Shown here: positions 10,873 to 24,800 of the stretch, in pieces
Layout: every line of letters starts with the position of its first letter
Numbering within the stretch: position 1 is the first letter of the stretch
NCBI GenBank assembly: GCA_964247055.1
Contig: OZ176051.1
Location: forward strand, 1,364,001 to 1,428,000
Source of the DNA: Paragordius varius
Taxonomy: Eukaryota; Animalia; Nematomorpha
DNA length: 64,000 bases
Direction: 5' to 3'
The notes under the pieces: generated by a model
What the model saw: only the letters and a program-made list of their open reading frames with translations
Databases searched by the model: none
What the model was told of the DNA's origin: nothing
Program-made: the position numbers and the translations under genes

Positions 10873-13800
10873 GAAATATTTTGTAGATTTTTCAATAAAA
10901 CAATTACTAAACACAACATTTATTATTTACAAGGGCACGGTCTAAAAACCAAAGGTTTTTGTCTATATCGAGAACAGACGCTATCATCGATTAAATCTTT
11001 TAGCGACGGGTCTTTGACACAAAAAACTGACCGATACTGTAATGTTGGGCTGAAATATAGAGAGGATTCGTTTTTCGAATGGTATGAAGGAAAAGTTGTA
11101 TTAACGTCTTTTGTTGTTTCGCGGCAGAAACAAGGTTGCCAGTATCCTAACCACCAATAAGGGAGACAAGTAAAATTATTGCATTTTCGGGATAAAGTTG
11201 CTTTAGGTTTTGGTTGAGGACAAAGTTTATCGCTCACTTTGAGTCCAGATATAGAATTTGCACAAAAATAAGCCTTATTTTGTGTGCCACCCCATCTGTT
11301 GTTATTAGAATTTTCAAAACTACATTTTTTATTGCATGGACTCCAATCAGTTAATGCCCAGATGTATGATGTGTTGGTGGGATTATTGGAATCTAAACTT
11401 ATGTTTGACTTTACAGATTTGTGATAATAGGTGACAGATATATTGATTGAAACATTTAACTGAATAAAGAGAACATAAACGATCAGATCTTTTTCGAGTG
11501 GACCCACAATGGAAATAATTCTTGCTGACTTTTTTTGGTTGAAGTATAGTTATAAACTACGGCTTTTACAGCCGATGAACTTTTTACCCTATGCACCCCA
11601 AACCAGGTGATTGTTAAATTGCCATTAAGCATATATTCAGCATCCTGTGCATAAGTCAGAGCTAGATAATTAGCATTCTCACTCATTTCTTGAATGGTTA
11701 TTTGTGTTGCATCTTTTGGAATGGTTGCTACACTCAAATACGAGCTTGCATTGTTCTCCAAAAAACTATCTTCAACTTGACTCGTGTTAAGATAAACATA
11801 ATTTTCCACTTTTTTGCAATTTTTATTGCGTCCATCACAGATGAGACAATTATCTTTCTTAGCTCGGCTCTCTAGTCGTCGATCGCAAGCTATCGGATGA
11901 CAGCGCCCTTCTATACAAACACCATCTATATATATAAAACAAATGAATCATTTAGGATATAAAGAAATATTAATAAGCTTAAAGAGTTTCCTATTATCTA
12001 GCTTTTGCTAATTAAAACTGTCGGAGTTCAAGATAATCGTTTATTTTACTAATGCACCGTTTACCCGATTAAGAAAAATATTTTTCAATATTCTTTTAGT
12101 GATGTCAAAATAAATTTTATTTACTGTATTCGATATCACTTTTGATTTCTAGTGGCGTCTGTTCAAAACTAGCACTTCCCATATTACACAATGTCCCATC
12201 TCGTAAACTGTGAGCATATGAATCAATCATTTCTAAGCTAACATTTTTCGTAATATTTGGATGTGAAATTAAACTTTGCGATTCATTGAGTTTTTCCTCG
12301 TTTGGCACGGATGATTGATATTCCGATTGAATATTTTTGCAGTTTAAATGACAGGCAGGCGCGCCATACATGATGGTTTGATAGTCAAAAATCCAAGTAG
12401 AATTGCATATTCCTTTAACTTTATATCCATACTCCTGGCATTGGTAATTAGGATTGTATTCTGCTTAAATATATTGTAATTGAATATGAATTATTTACAG
12501 TAAAAATGGAAATTATACGGACAAAATGTAAAAATATAAAGAAAATTTTTTTTTTCAAAACACAACCATACTTTTTTAAACCTTAATTCATCCTATAAAA
12601 ACATTTAATTACAATCGTAAAATAAATAAAATTGATTGTGTTACCAATTTACATTTTTATATTATACTTTGTAGTTTAAAACATAGAATTCTATTTAAAA
12701 AAAATCAAGATTAAAAAAGGATGGTTGTCTTTTAGTAAAAAATATTTGTTTTATTTTCACGTTTTACCGTATAATTTCAATTTTTACTGTGAAGCTGTTG
12801 TATAAAAAAGTTTTGCCAGATTTCCAAAATAATAACAATTTTGAAAATTACATATGTCTTTATACTATATATAAGTTGAATTAAGACTCAAAAAGAAAAA
12901 TATAGATTTAATATATTTCAATGCCATCAGATACATATTTATCGTTGACTCTAAAAATAATATTATCAATATTTTGAGAATTTAGGTTATTCCCTTCTTG
13001 CAAAGTGCTTAGATGCGACTTAATATCCGACAAATCCCCTATTTAGAATCTAATCTGAACGAAAATTTACTTTATTATTAACGTATGGTGCAAAGCTACT
13101 CTACAAACGACATAAAGATATCTGTTTTTTAAAATAATATTTAGATAAAAAACTTAACTTTTACTAGTTATTATGTTTTCATAATATTACCTTCATACTC
13201 ATTTTCTTTCTTACAATCCCTTAAGTTGCATGTTTTATAGCGGGTTTTTCGACCAACACAAAAGGTCCCATCGTTTGTCGGGCTTTATTAATTTAAAAGA
13301 CATTATAACTTCAAAAATTATAAATTCTGATCATAGAAAAAAGGGTATATTAGAAAAATTGATTCTTTATTACACATTGGTTATAAGATATTTTTAATCG
13401 AAATATTCCTTTGTACATTAGAGGCCCTTAATTTGGAAATTATTGTAAAATATAAAATACCATATTAATCAAATTAGAACTTATAAATGAAAAATAAATT
13501 ATCATCAAAACAATTTATCTTAATTTTCCTAAACCATAAATAAATTACATTGGATTATCACATGCTCGAGTTGATTTGGAAAGACCTATGCCACAAGATT
13601 TACTACATGGAGTCCAAGGGCCCCAATGTCCCCAATTTCCTATTTGCTGGAAAGTTTTATCATTAAGTTGTCTGACATTCTGAGTTACTGCAATACATTC
13701 CTTGTTGTAACACCATTTATTAACTCCACAATAGGTGCCATCCTCAACCATTTTCATTTTACTGATGCATTTACCATTCACTTTACAACAGAGTGTTCCA

Positions 13801-14255
13801 CTGCATATATCCTGTTTTTGTTATCAAAAGTGAGATTTGATATATATTGTATAATTTTCAAAAATTAAACGGTAATATTTCATATTTTTTATGTTTTGTA
13901 ATATATTGGTAGTTATTTTTAAATCATAATCAAAATAATGAATTAAATCAGACCGTTTTTAGAATACTATTTGATATAAAATTTTAGTGGCCCTAAAGAT
14001 CTAGTCTTGTAATCTAGTTATATATTTGTAGTTATTTCATAATTGTGTTAAAAATAAATTGTGTACAAATAAAATATATATTATTGAGTATATCTCTAAA
14101 ATAGGAGTTATCTAAACAACAAAATTAAAATTAACAGAAAATAAATTACTACCTTTTGGGACAAAAAAATCAATTATCATAATAATTATGACCTATGAAT
14201 GAAATTAAATAAAAATTGAAATATGTAAGGCTTATATCTGTGGACGAACTTTGAG

Positions 14256-15237
14256 TCTATATATTTATAAAAATGGAAAATGCTGGCTTTTTGATCTGTT
14301 TCCGGAAAACCGGTGAACCCATTCAAATCCAAATATCGAAATAATTATTAATGAATGCCCCGACAATAGCTTCGCCCTTTTTTGAATTAGGGCCCCAGTT
14401 CGGGTCCACCCCCGTGTAAAAAACGGGTTTTTTTTGAAAACATGTCCACAAAAATCGTGTATTTGAGACAATTTTCCGGAAAACTTGTTGGACTATTCGA
14501 TTTCACATATGATTTTTTTACTTATTTTCGATTGCGCCGAACATAGTCGGCTCGTTTTTTTAATTTAGGCCCTCTTTTTACCCGCTCCCCCCCGTAAAAT
14601 GCCATTTTCAAAAAACAAAGTCCACAAAAATAATTTGTTGATTATTCGACCAAGGTATGAGACCGTTAAAATTCAATAAAGCCATGTATTCCCTGTTTAA
14701 AGGCAAAACATTTAGTCAAGCGTTTCTTTCATGATAGCTGCTGGGTAGAAAACTACCTGCGAAAAACTGACCCGTCATATCGAAATAGCGTGCTTTTGGG
14801 GCGAAATTTTAGAAAACCTATGTGGCGATATGAGTTTAATAGCTGCTTAAGGTATTACCCGTAAAAAGTCAAAAATTTTAGTCAAGCGGATTTTTCGAAT
14901 TAGCTGTTAGATAGGTCCTTTGCTCTCTAAAAAATGCGCTATCATTGAACTATTATTTAGTTTTGAAGCCATTTTTCCTTAGGAATGAATCATGATTCCA
15001 GGTATAAAGGCAAAATTATTAACTACATTTTTATATTGGCCTCTGGGTAGGGGGCTGCCCGCCTACAACTGAACCATCATATCGATACAGCATGCCTTTG
15101 ACAAATTTCAGAATATGAGACCATCTGAATCATTTTGAAACTTCGTGCCGCATAACATTGCTTATAAAATCGAAAATGGCCCCCCAGAAGTCCGAAGGAC
15201 TTACTCGGGCTGCGTAGCAGCACGAGATTTACGCTAG
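14256..15237 (+). mobile_element. Non-autonomous Helitron in ADAMTS-B intron 5
   Basis: 5' TCTATATATTTATAAAAATGG and 3' hairpins plus CTAG|T. The flanks rejoin to the empty site GAACTTTGAATATTCAT seen in copy A. Confidence 0.9.
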
Positions 15238-15239
15238 TA

Positions 15240-15242
<3 letters not shown>

Positions 15243-15277
<35 letters not shown>
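15243..15277. repeat. (AT)n microsatellite next to the Helitron 3' end
   Basis: Pure ATAT run, longer than at the homologous positions in other copies. Confidence 0.9.
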
Positions 15278-15280
<3 letters not shown>

Positions 15281-17651
15281 CAAATTTATATTTTTAGTAC
15301 GAAAATATTAATATATACTTCTATACCGGGACAGTATGTGGTATTTCGCAGGCCCATGTTCAATTGGCATTGGTGATCTAGGTTGTATTGTGTTCCCAAA
15401 AAATTGGTGGCTATTTTGGCTTGCAAATCTGGATCGTACGGTTTAAAGTGTAAAATGGTAAAATTTCGATAAACATCTTGAAATATTGAAGGTTTATCTA
15501 TGGAGTCTAGGGTTATATTTTTTATGATATGACTTAAATTTTTTTCTTGTTTCTGCACAGTTTTCAAATGTTGAATCAAATGTTGGGACAAATTCTTTTC
15601 ATAAGCCTCTGTGTCGATGACAGTCACGTATTGAGTAAAGGGTTCAAAGTATAAAAACATTGATTCTTTTTCTATGATAGTTTTTGGTGGATGGGAGGAG
15701 GACATATTGTCGCTTTTTGCCTTTAAACAATCTGCATTTTGTTTTTGAATGAAACCATTTAACTCTTGATAACTACAGTTGGACCATATAAGATCGGCCT
15801 CTAAACTTTGAGGTAACTGAGAGTCCATAATGTATGGCAGTTTTTTGGATTCATTATTTTGCTTTTTTTTTAATTCGATTATTAACATTGTGCCTTAAAC
15901 AAAATTCCATTGTATCATGTTTCATACCTAATCTAACAACGGCAACAATAATAGATGGGCAATATATAAATTTACTCAAAAAAATATTTTAATTAAGGCC
16001 CATTTGAATTTATTATTTTGGATGTCATATTTTACAGTAAAACTTTTGTTTTAAATAAATTATTTTTTGTTATTAAGATTTAAAACCGCATATAATATTA
16101 ATTTTAAACCCATGAAATAAATCATATGTTTAGGAACACAAAAAAAACTTTATTTATATTCAAAAAATGGTTTTTACCATTCCTAAATACATTTATAACA
16201 AAATTACATCTTAGAAAGGTCATTTCTTACTATTTTAGACATGGATTCCCAGAGCGCTTACACACCTTTATATCCTGGATATGAAGTAAAATACAGCATT
16301 TTTACCCTTTATATTTAAAGTATTAGGTATATTCTTAAGCATCTTATTAATTATCTTTTGCTCAAAAATATTCCCCCCCAAATTATTTTTTTCCTATCTC
16401 AAGTTTAAATAAAAGTAAAAAAAGGAAATAATGTGTACAAATGTCCGATTTCATGTGCAATGGTGAATGCTGTGCTTAGTCCAGTATCTTCAGCAATGAC
16501 ACAACTTCTACCATTCTGACATATGGAACCGACTTCGGCCATTCCTAAAGTATTACAAGGCGTGTAATTCTGAGCGCATAAATCTAATCTAGTGCAAATG
16601 ATTTATAAACGAACATTTTATAAAATATAATTGTTCAGTTTATTTACCTCATTTCTAAATGTTAAAATTGCAAAAAATAATTCTATGAAGGAAAAAATAC
16701 TTTGTTAACATGATGGCCACGTGATAGGATGGTACCAACTGACTTTCATTGAATAATGTGTATTGCCAAGCACAGAAGCTTTTTAAGTAATCATCAGCAT
16801 TTATTGTCATATTAACCGATTTAGGCTTAATTATATACAATTGTTATAAAACAATTTGAATAAAAAAATTAAAAAATTTAAAAATTACGATTGTCTTTAA
16901 ATGTATCATAGAGTTCCATTCAATTGTAAGAGGGAATCCGAAACTGGATCGTTTAAATATGGAGTTAACCTTAATGTATAAATAATGTTCATTTAATAAA
17001 ATATTAATGGGAATAAAAAAAGTTAACCAAAACCAGAATGGATTTAGGAAGGTTGGAATTGTTTATATAATTTAAAAACTAAAAATTTACCGGAGTATAT
17101 GTAGATATTAACTCACCGAATGCATTAAAGTATATATGTAAGCTTCAACATCATAGTTTTTGTAATGCGAAACAAAAGATTGATCAGTAAAAACTATGGC
17201 TTTGATTATCATCGCCTCTAACAATGTGGATGTGATGTGGGACGCAGAATCTTCTGTAATAGAATTAGCATAGATTATATAAAAACAATGCAAACTCAAA
17301 AGCAGAAAATGCATTATTAAATACTTTTAACTTAACGTAAAAGATATTTTTTTCTTACAATCGCATCGCACCAAATGTTATTCAGAATATGCTGCATAAC
17401 TTAATGCTTGCTTAAATTAATGAAAATATTCAATGGCTCATATTTCCCTATTTATGCCTATATGAAAAGTACTTACTATATTTGTATCTCCAATGATATA
17501 AAAGTTAATTGTTTACATCAAACACAATAATAACATTAATTTGAGTGTGGGAAATGGAAGTTAGTATGGTATGGTGAGATGTTGACTGTTTTATTGCAAA
17601 CGCAAAACTCAGTTTGAGTAAATTTACACTTGTTTTGTCGTACAATTTGAG

Positions 17652-17922
17652 ATGGAAACAGGTAATAATGAAATGGGAAATGAACAAAAAGGTCCTCCGG
17701 TCTTACCTCCCCCATATAAGGAAGAAATCGAACCTAAAGCTCCAAAGTTGGAAAACAATAATGGAGCCATATATATCCAAATACTACCCAATTAATAACG
17801 CAAAATCAAACATCGGCTGCCTTTCAGAATGGTTATTTAAAATAAAATCTACTAATATCTTTTTTTTCTAATACCATCATGGCATTCCTCAACCCGTTTT
17901 TTATCCGCCACATCCACCTGTG
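17652..17922 (+). pseudogene. PPxY membrane-protein gene copy B, exons 1-2 only, frameshifted
   Basis: 1-nt deletion (GCCATATATATCC vs GCCATTATATATCC). The exon 2 acceptor is degraded (TTTCTAATACC vs TTGCAGGATACC) and the downstream exons are replaced by foreign sequence. Confidence 0.75.
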
Positions 17923-17976
17923 GTTAGTTATTTCATATTATTTTTAAAAATATATATGTACTTTAAAAATGTCTTT

Positions 17977-19846
17977 AGGAGTTTTTGATTACATTGGACA
18001 ACAAATTCTTCTGCCACTAGAGATTTTTGCATTTGATATTTACTATCATTTTAACAGTAAATCTGAAATAAAAATTATAACTCCATGTATTTTTAATTTG
18101 ATTTTTTTGATTACACTAGTCGACAAATTTGGACATTTTTGAGCACCACCACTCAAACTTTTAAATTATGACTAATTTCAGTGTTTTAAAACCGAATGTG
18201 AAAAAACTTTTGATCCCGCCAATCAGAATTTTGAAATATTATAGGTTTTTCAATTTTTCAAAAACAAGAGAAAATCGAGAGAAAATCAAATATAACTTTA
18301 TAATAAAATGTTATTATATTATAAACTTATTATCATTTAATAAAGCGTTTTAAACTCTATCTTTTGAATATAAATATGTCATTTACATATCAGAGAGAAA
18401 AATAGTACGGACTTAATCGTCAAAATTTAGTCTTTTTCTTTCAAGTGAAGTTTTACGTATAAAATTAAAAATACTAAAAAAGGCATTCTATGGTTTAAAC
18501 CTTCGGCTTTCAGATAGACTATATTTTTTTTGTTAGTTTTCGTTCTTTCGAGTACTTATTAGGCTTTTTTTCTTGAGTTGGTTCTTACAAAAAATCCTTT
18601 ATTTATACCTAGTGGATATACTTTATTTTTTAAAATTATTGGTTGTTTTGTATTTTTAATTTCAGATAGATGTTGTGTAGCCACTTTTAGTAGAATTTAC
18701 TATTATTGGATTACACCATTTGTATTTACCTAATCTTTTTTTTTAATTTTGTAGAATTTATCTAACCTTATTCTGTAAATTGGTTAATTTGACATGTCAA
18801 TTTGCCACGATTTGGCTTGCAAGTCTCTCTTATCGGACTTTACGATCACTTATTGTTATCTTTGCCATATCTGGCATAATTATAGGATCGCTTGGGGGAT
18901 ATGCAGAGCTTGTGCAGCCGCCCATATCTATCACACTATACATAAGCCCCTTTTAGATTTTTAATACTTTGGCTCTTAGCTTGTTTAGTATCTTATTTAA
19001 TGCCTAGAATTTTGTTATTCATGCATGGAATATTACTTGTAGCGACTTGTTCATTTGAATATTTAAACATATGTACACGAGGAATGACTGTTATTTTTAA
19101 ATTAAATACAAATTTAAAAATTAAATTTCGGAAAAATCCTATTGGTGGCCTCAATTTTCTTTTTTGTTTTGGCCTTTCCATGCCATTAGATATCAGAAAA
19201 TGCAAATATAATGGGGTGGTGCAAAACCTTTCTTTATCAAAATTTTACTAAATGTTTTTCTTTGAAAATATACAAGTGCCTATTTGTAATATATCATTCG
19301 AAAGAGTAATAAAAGCTCTATAAAATGCATACTAATATATATTACATCGACAGTTAATATTGGACACAGAAAGCGACAAACGCGCGAAGCGAGAGCATTT
19401 TTAATTAATAGGATGAAAATAGCTCAAACTTTGTCTAGATGGTGATGAATGTTCAAAAAAGATAACACAAGAAAGTTTATTTGATTAATTATTTTTTTTT
19501 TGCTTTTATGTCACTCAAAACAGCTATTTTTAAGTTTTTTGTTTTTTTAAATTACCATCTCATCAATAATAATTTATTTTCTTTACGAGGCTGATAATTT
19601 CTAAATTTTAAAGATAAAAACAAGGTTTAAGGTATTTTTGATTTTTATTACCATTAAATAAATTTACACTTATAACTATGCATTTTAGTATCCACTAGGT
19701 AAAATATTTATGGTAACAATATTTTTTAAAAAAAGGCAAACCAAAAGCTTTTTCAAACATTTTTTTTAAATAATAAACCCTAATAATTATATAAAAATAA
19801 TTTATATGAACTTCAAATTAGTTTTCTGTGATTTTGATTTATATAC
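17977..19846. other. Foreign 1.9-kb segment replacing part of the cassette spacer (probable transposon relic or duplication-junction filler)
   Basis: Diverges from the A/D/E/F sequence after AAAATGTCTTT and rejoins at ACCTCAGAATTTTAGTAC. No TIR or TSD was seen. An internally deleted version lies at 28324-29091. Confidence 0.6.
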
Positions 19847-20976
19847 ACCTCAGAATTTTAGTACAAAGCGTTTGCTTAATTGGTGAATTTTTGTAAAAAA
19901 ACACATATTGCTTTATCTTAAAGACTTGGTTCCTGTGGTGTATGATTAACAACCATTTTTAATAAAATAACATAAAACTAAGTTTTGTTAGTGGCTCTGG
20001 TTTAACCGCAGTCATAAAAATTTAACAATCCATGTAAAACCATAAATTTTCCGGTTTTTATGGTGCAAGAGCTTTTTAAATTGGAATTGTTTTCTGAAAT
20101 TTTATCCCGATAGAACTTTGATTAAAACAGACCCAAACCTAAATTATAATTTATCCAAATATTGACATCATAATTAAATATTTTTTTATTCTTTTCATCT
20201 TTTAGATTAAATTTTAGATATATGGCTTTGTCATTTGATTTATGAGTCGAAGGCTATGAACAAATCACTTATGATATTATTGATAGAACAGGATGGCATA
20301 AAGAAATTTTTGCTTATGGCAATGATTGTTTTATAATTCAAAATATCAATAAATATATTAACATGCGAAAGGTGGCTAAAACAAATGTTTTTTTATAAAT
20401 ATATTTAACATAATCTACACAGATTGATAAACTTTGCTATTGCTAAATTGGTAAGGTTTTTTACCCATAATTAAGGGATATTTGACCTTCCAGATTTAAT
20501 AATATATCAACGGAATGGCGCATTTATAAATGAAATGTAAGACTATAACTAAACAAACCATATGTTTTTTGGTAAATTGTATAAAAATATTATAAAAGCT
20601 TTTAGATAAACAAGACAATGACGTTACTAGAGATAAATTGTTAATAAAATACATTTATTTTTGACATGCAACAATTAAAATACATATTATTTTTGGCCCC
20701 TTAGTTTTCGACATTTATACATCCGTGTATTTATGCATATTTTAATAATTTAATTCCCATGATATAACCCAAGAAACATCCATGAATTTGCATTTATATG
20801 ATTGAAAACGAGAGTCTACATAATATAATTTTTATTCAATCGGTAAAAATTTTTGATCAACACTTTTAATCACACATCGGAAATATTATATTTGTTACTT
20901 TTTAATTTTCGCTATTAAAATTTTTAGGTTAATCAAATTGAAGATATTTATTAATTACTCCCAGATATTTATATAT

Positions 20977-21230
20977 ACCATTTACAATTCAAATTTACCC
21001 TTAAACAATTTAAATTGACCCTTAAACATTCAAATTCACCCTCAAATAAATTATATGTTTTTAAGATAAAATTTACCTTATATGAATATTAAAAAATAAT
21101 AAACTATGCCACAAAGATGTATTTCATATTAATAAATTATATTAGTTTCAAAGCACATTTATTTTTAGGGTGAATTTGAATTGGAGGATGAATAATAATT
21201 GTTCAAAGGTGAATTTGAACTGTAAATGGT
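20977..21230. mobile_element. TA-flanked MITE (family 1), site upstream of the orphan ORF
   Basis: Same TIRs and same site as 9962-10257. Confidence 0.85.
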
Positions 21231-21294
21231 ATAATTTTAAAAATTTACTGTTAATATATAATTTTATAAGAACGTAATTAATAATTTTAGAATT

Positions 21295-21844
21295 ATGAGT
21301 TTTAACAATTTAACATTGGTCGCGTTAACTTCAATACCGTATTGGTATGGAGTAGGGGAGGTGAAATATTGTTTTTATGAAAAAAGACATTACAAATATT
21401 CACTTCAACAATATTATTCATGGCGCCCAGATACTTTGGAATGGGAAAGAATTGTTTTAACCGAAGATCAGTTGACGAAAAAAATTGAACCCTTTTATAG
21501 TCATTATATTTTACATATAAAGTATCCAGAAATTAGAGATATACAGTAATAGTTATAAGGAACAAGATTATACAAATGTTGATGGTAATGATAGGAATAA
21601 AGTTGCAAACATTATAAAAGAATATGTTGAAAAATACAAAGCCATGCAGAATAATGGATTGAAAACTGCTATAAATTCATTGCCAATCAAATTATTTGAA
21701 CAATCTACGGATGCAACCACAGAACTTACAAATGTAGATCTTATCGATGATTCGACTGAAATTTTTTCCAGAAAATTTAACAGTTGGTGGCTTTTTACAG
21801 AATGTTATTTCAATAATCCGTTGTATACCATGAATATGCATTAA
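21295..21844 (+). pseudogene. Orphan ORF copy with frameshift
   Basis: 5-nt deletion near 21540 (GAGATATAC vs GAGAAATCATATAC) splits it into ORFs 21295-21549 and 21644-21844. Confidence 0.8.
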
Positions 21845-21895
21845 AAAAATATTTTCAGGATTTTTTAATAAAACAATTACAAAATGCAACATTTA

Positions 21896-24800
21896 TTATT
21901 TACAAGGGCACGGTCTAGAAACCAAAGGTTTTTGTCTATATCGAGAACAGACGCTATCATCGATTAAATCTTTTAGCGACGGGTCTTTGACACAAAAAAC
22001 TGACCGATACTGTAATGTTGGGCTGAAATATAGAGAGGATTCATTTTTCGAATGGTATAATGGAAAAGTTGTATTAGCGTCCTTTGTTGTTTCGCGGCAG
22101 AAACAAGGTTGCCAGTATCCTAACCACCAAAAAGGAAGACAAGTAAAATTATTGCATTTTCGGGATAAAGTTGCTTTAGGTTTTGGTTGAGGACAAAGTT
22201 TATCGCTCACTTTGAGTCCAGATATGGAATTGGCACAAAAATAAGCCTTATTTTGTGTGCCACCCCATTTGTTGTCATTAGAATGCTCAAAACTACATTT
22301 TTTATTGCATGGACTCCAATCAGTTAATGCCCAGATGTATGATGCGTTGGTTGGATCATTGGAATATAAACTTATGTTTGACTTTACAGATTTGTGATAA
22401 TAGGTGACAGATATATTGATTGAAACATTTAAATGAGTAATAAGAACATAAACGATCAGATCTTTTTCGAGTGGACCCACGATAGAAATAAATTCTTGCT
22501 GACTTTTTTTGGTTGAAGTATAATTATAAACTACGGCTTTCACCGCTGATGAGGTTTTTACCCTATGCACCCCAATCCAAGTGATTGTTAAATTCCCATT
22601 AAGCATATATTCGGCATCCTGTGCATATGTTAGAGCTAGATAATTAGAATTCTCACTCATTTCTTGAATGGTTATTTGTGTTGCATCTTTTGGAATAGTT
22701 GCTACACTCAAATACGAGCTTGCATTGTTCTCCAAAAATCTATTCTCAACTTGACTCGTGTTAAGAAAAACATAATTTTCCACTTTTTTGCAATTTTTAT
22801 TGCGTCCATCACAGATGAGACAATTATCTTTCTTAGCTCGGCTCTCGAGTCGTCGATCGCAAGCTATCGGATGACAACGCCCTTCTATACAAAAACCATC
22901 TATAAACAAACGAATCATTAGGATAAAAAGAAATAGAAGCTTAAACACTTTCCTAATATTTAGCTAGATTATGTTAATTAAAACTGGAGGAGTTCAAAAA
23001 AATCGTTTATATTACTTATGCACCGTTTACCCGATTAAGAGAAATATATTTTTAACCAATATTTGTTGTATATTTGCAAAATAAATTTTACTTACCGTAT
23101 TCGATATCACTTTTAATTTCTAATGGAGTGTGTTCAAATCTAACACTCCCCATATAACACAAAGTCCCATCTCGTAAACTGTGAGCATAGGAATCAATCA
23201 TTTCTAAGCTAACATTTTTCGTAATATTTGGATGTGAAATTAAACTTTGCGATTCATTTAGTTTTTCCTCGTTTGGCACGGATGATTGATATTGCGATTG
23301 AATATTTTTGCAGTTTAAATGACAGCCAGGGGCGCCATACATGATGGTTTGATAGTCAAAAATCCAAGTAGAATTACATATTCCTTTAACTTTACATCCA
23401 TACTCCTGGCATTGGTAATTAGAATTGTATATAAATTGATTATGAACAAATTACAGTAAAAATTCAAATTATACGGACAAAATGTGTAAAAATATAAAGA
23501 CATTTTTTTTCAAAATACAACCATACCTATTTAAACCTTAATTTATCCCATAAAAAACATTCAATTACAATAGTAAAATACATAAAATTGATTGTGTTAC
23601 CAATTTACATTCCTATATTATACTTTGTAGTTTAAAACATAGAATTCTATTTAAAAAAAATCAAGATTAAAAAAGTATGGTTATCTTTTACAAAAAATAT
23701 TTGTCTTATTTTCACGTTTTACCGTATAATTTTAATTTTTACTGTGAAGCTGTTGTATAAAAAAGTTTTGCCAGAGTTCCAATAATAACACTAATTATGT
23801 TTTTATACATTTATATATAAGTTGAATTAAGCACCATGCCCATCAAATACAAATTTATCGTTGAACCTAAAAATAATATTATCATTATTTGAGAATTCAG
23901 GTTATTCCCTCTTGTGTGCTTAGATGCGACTTAATATACGACAATTTCCCTATTTAATACGAAAATTAACAATATGATTAACGTATGGTGCAAAGCTACT
24001 CCCATACAAACGACATAAAGATATCTGTTTTTTTAAAATAATATTTACAACAAAAAACTTATCTTCTATTAATTATAATGTTTTCATAATATTACCTTCA
24101 TACTCATTTTCTTTCTTACAATCCGTTAAGTTGCATGTTTTATAGCGGGTTTTTCGACCAACACAAAAGGTCCCATCGTTTGTCGGACTTTATTAATTTA
24201 TTAGATATGATCAAATATAACTCAAAATAAACCATTTACAGTTCAAATTCACCCTTAAGCAATTCAAATCACCCTTGAACAATTCAAATAACCCTCAAAC
24301 AATTCAAATTCACCCTAAAATAAATTATGTGCTTTGATTAAAAATTACCTATATTTTTTTAATTTTTAAAAAATGAAATTTCGTTTAAAATTAATATAAT
24401 ACTGAAAAAATAATAAAATAAGGCAGATATTAATATTTTTCATTGATAATGTTATATTAGCCAGAAAACACATAATTTATTTTTAGGGTGAATTTGAATT
24501 GTTCGAGGGTGATTTGAATTGTTCGGGGGTGAATTTGAATTTTAAATGGTATATTACTAATTCTGATTATAAAATAAAGGGTATATTAAAAAAATTGATT
24601 CTGTATTACATATTGGTTATAAGATATTTTTAATCGATATATTACTTTGTATATTAAATCCCTTAATTCGGAAATTATTGTAAAATATAAAATACCATAT
24701 TAATCAAATTTGAACACATAAATAATAAATAAGTTATCATCAAAACAATTTATCTTATCTTTCCTAAACCATAAATAAATTACATGGGATTATCACATGC

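Larger units (their letters stand above)
10923..17314 (-). pseudogene. ADAMTS-type metalloprotease copy B, two apparent frameshifts
   Basis: All 9 exons are present. There is a +1 in an A9 run at 15863-15871 in exon 5 and a 1-nt deletion near 11517 in exon 9 (ORF track splits into 10923-11507 and 11483-11809). Both are homopolymer indels, so assembly error is possible. Confidence 0.75.
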
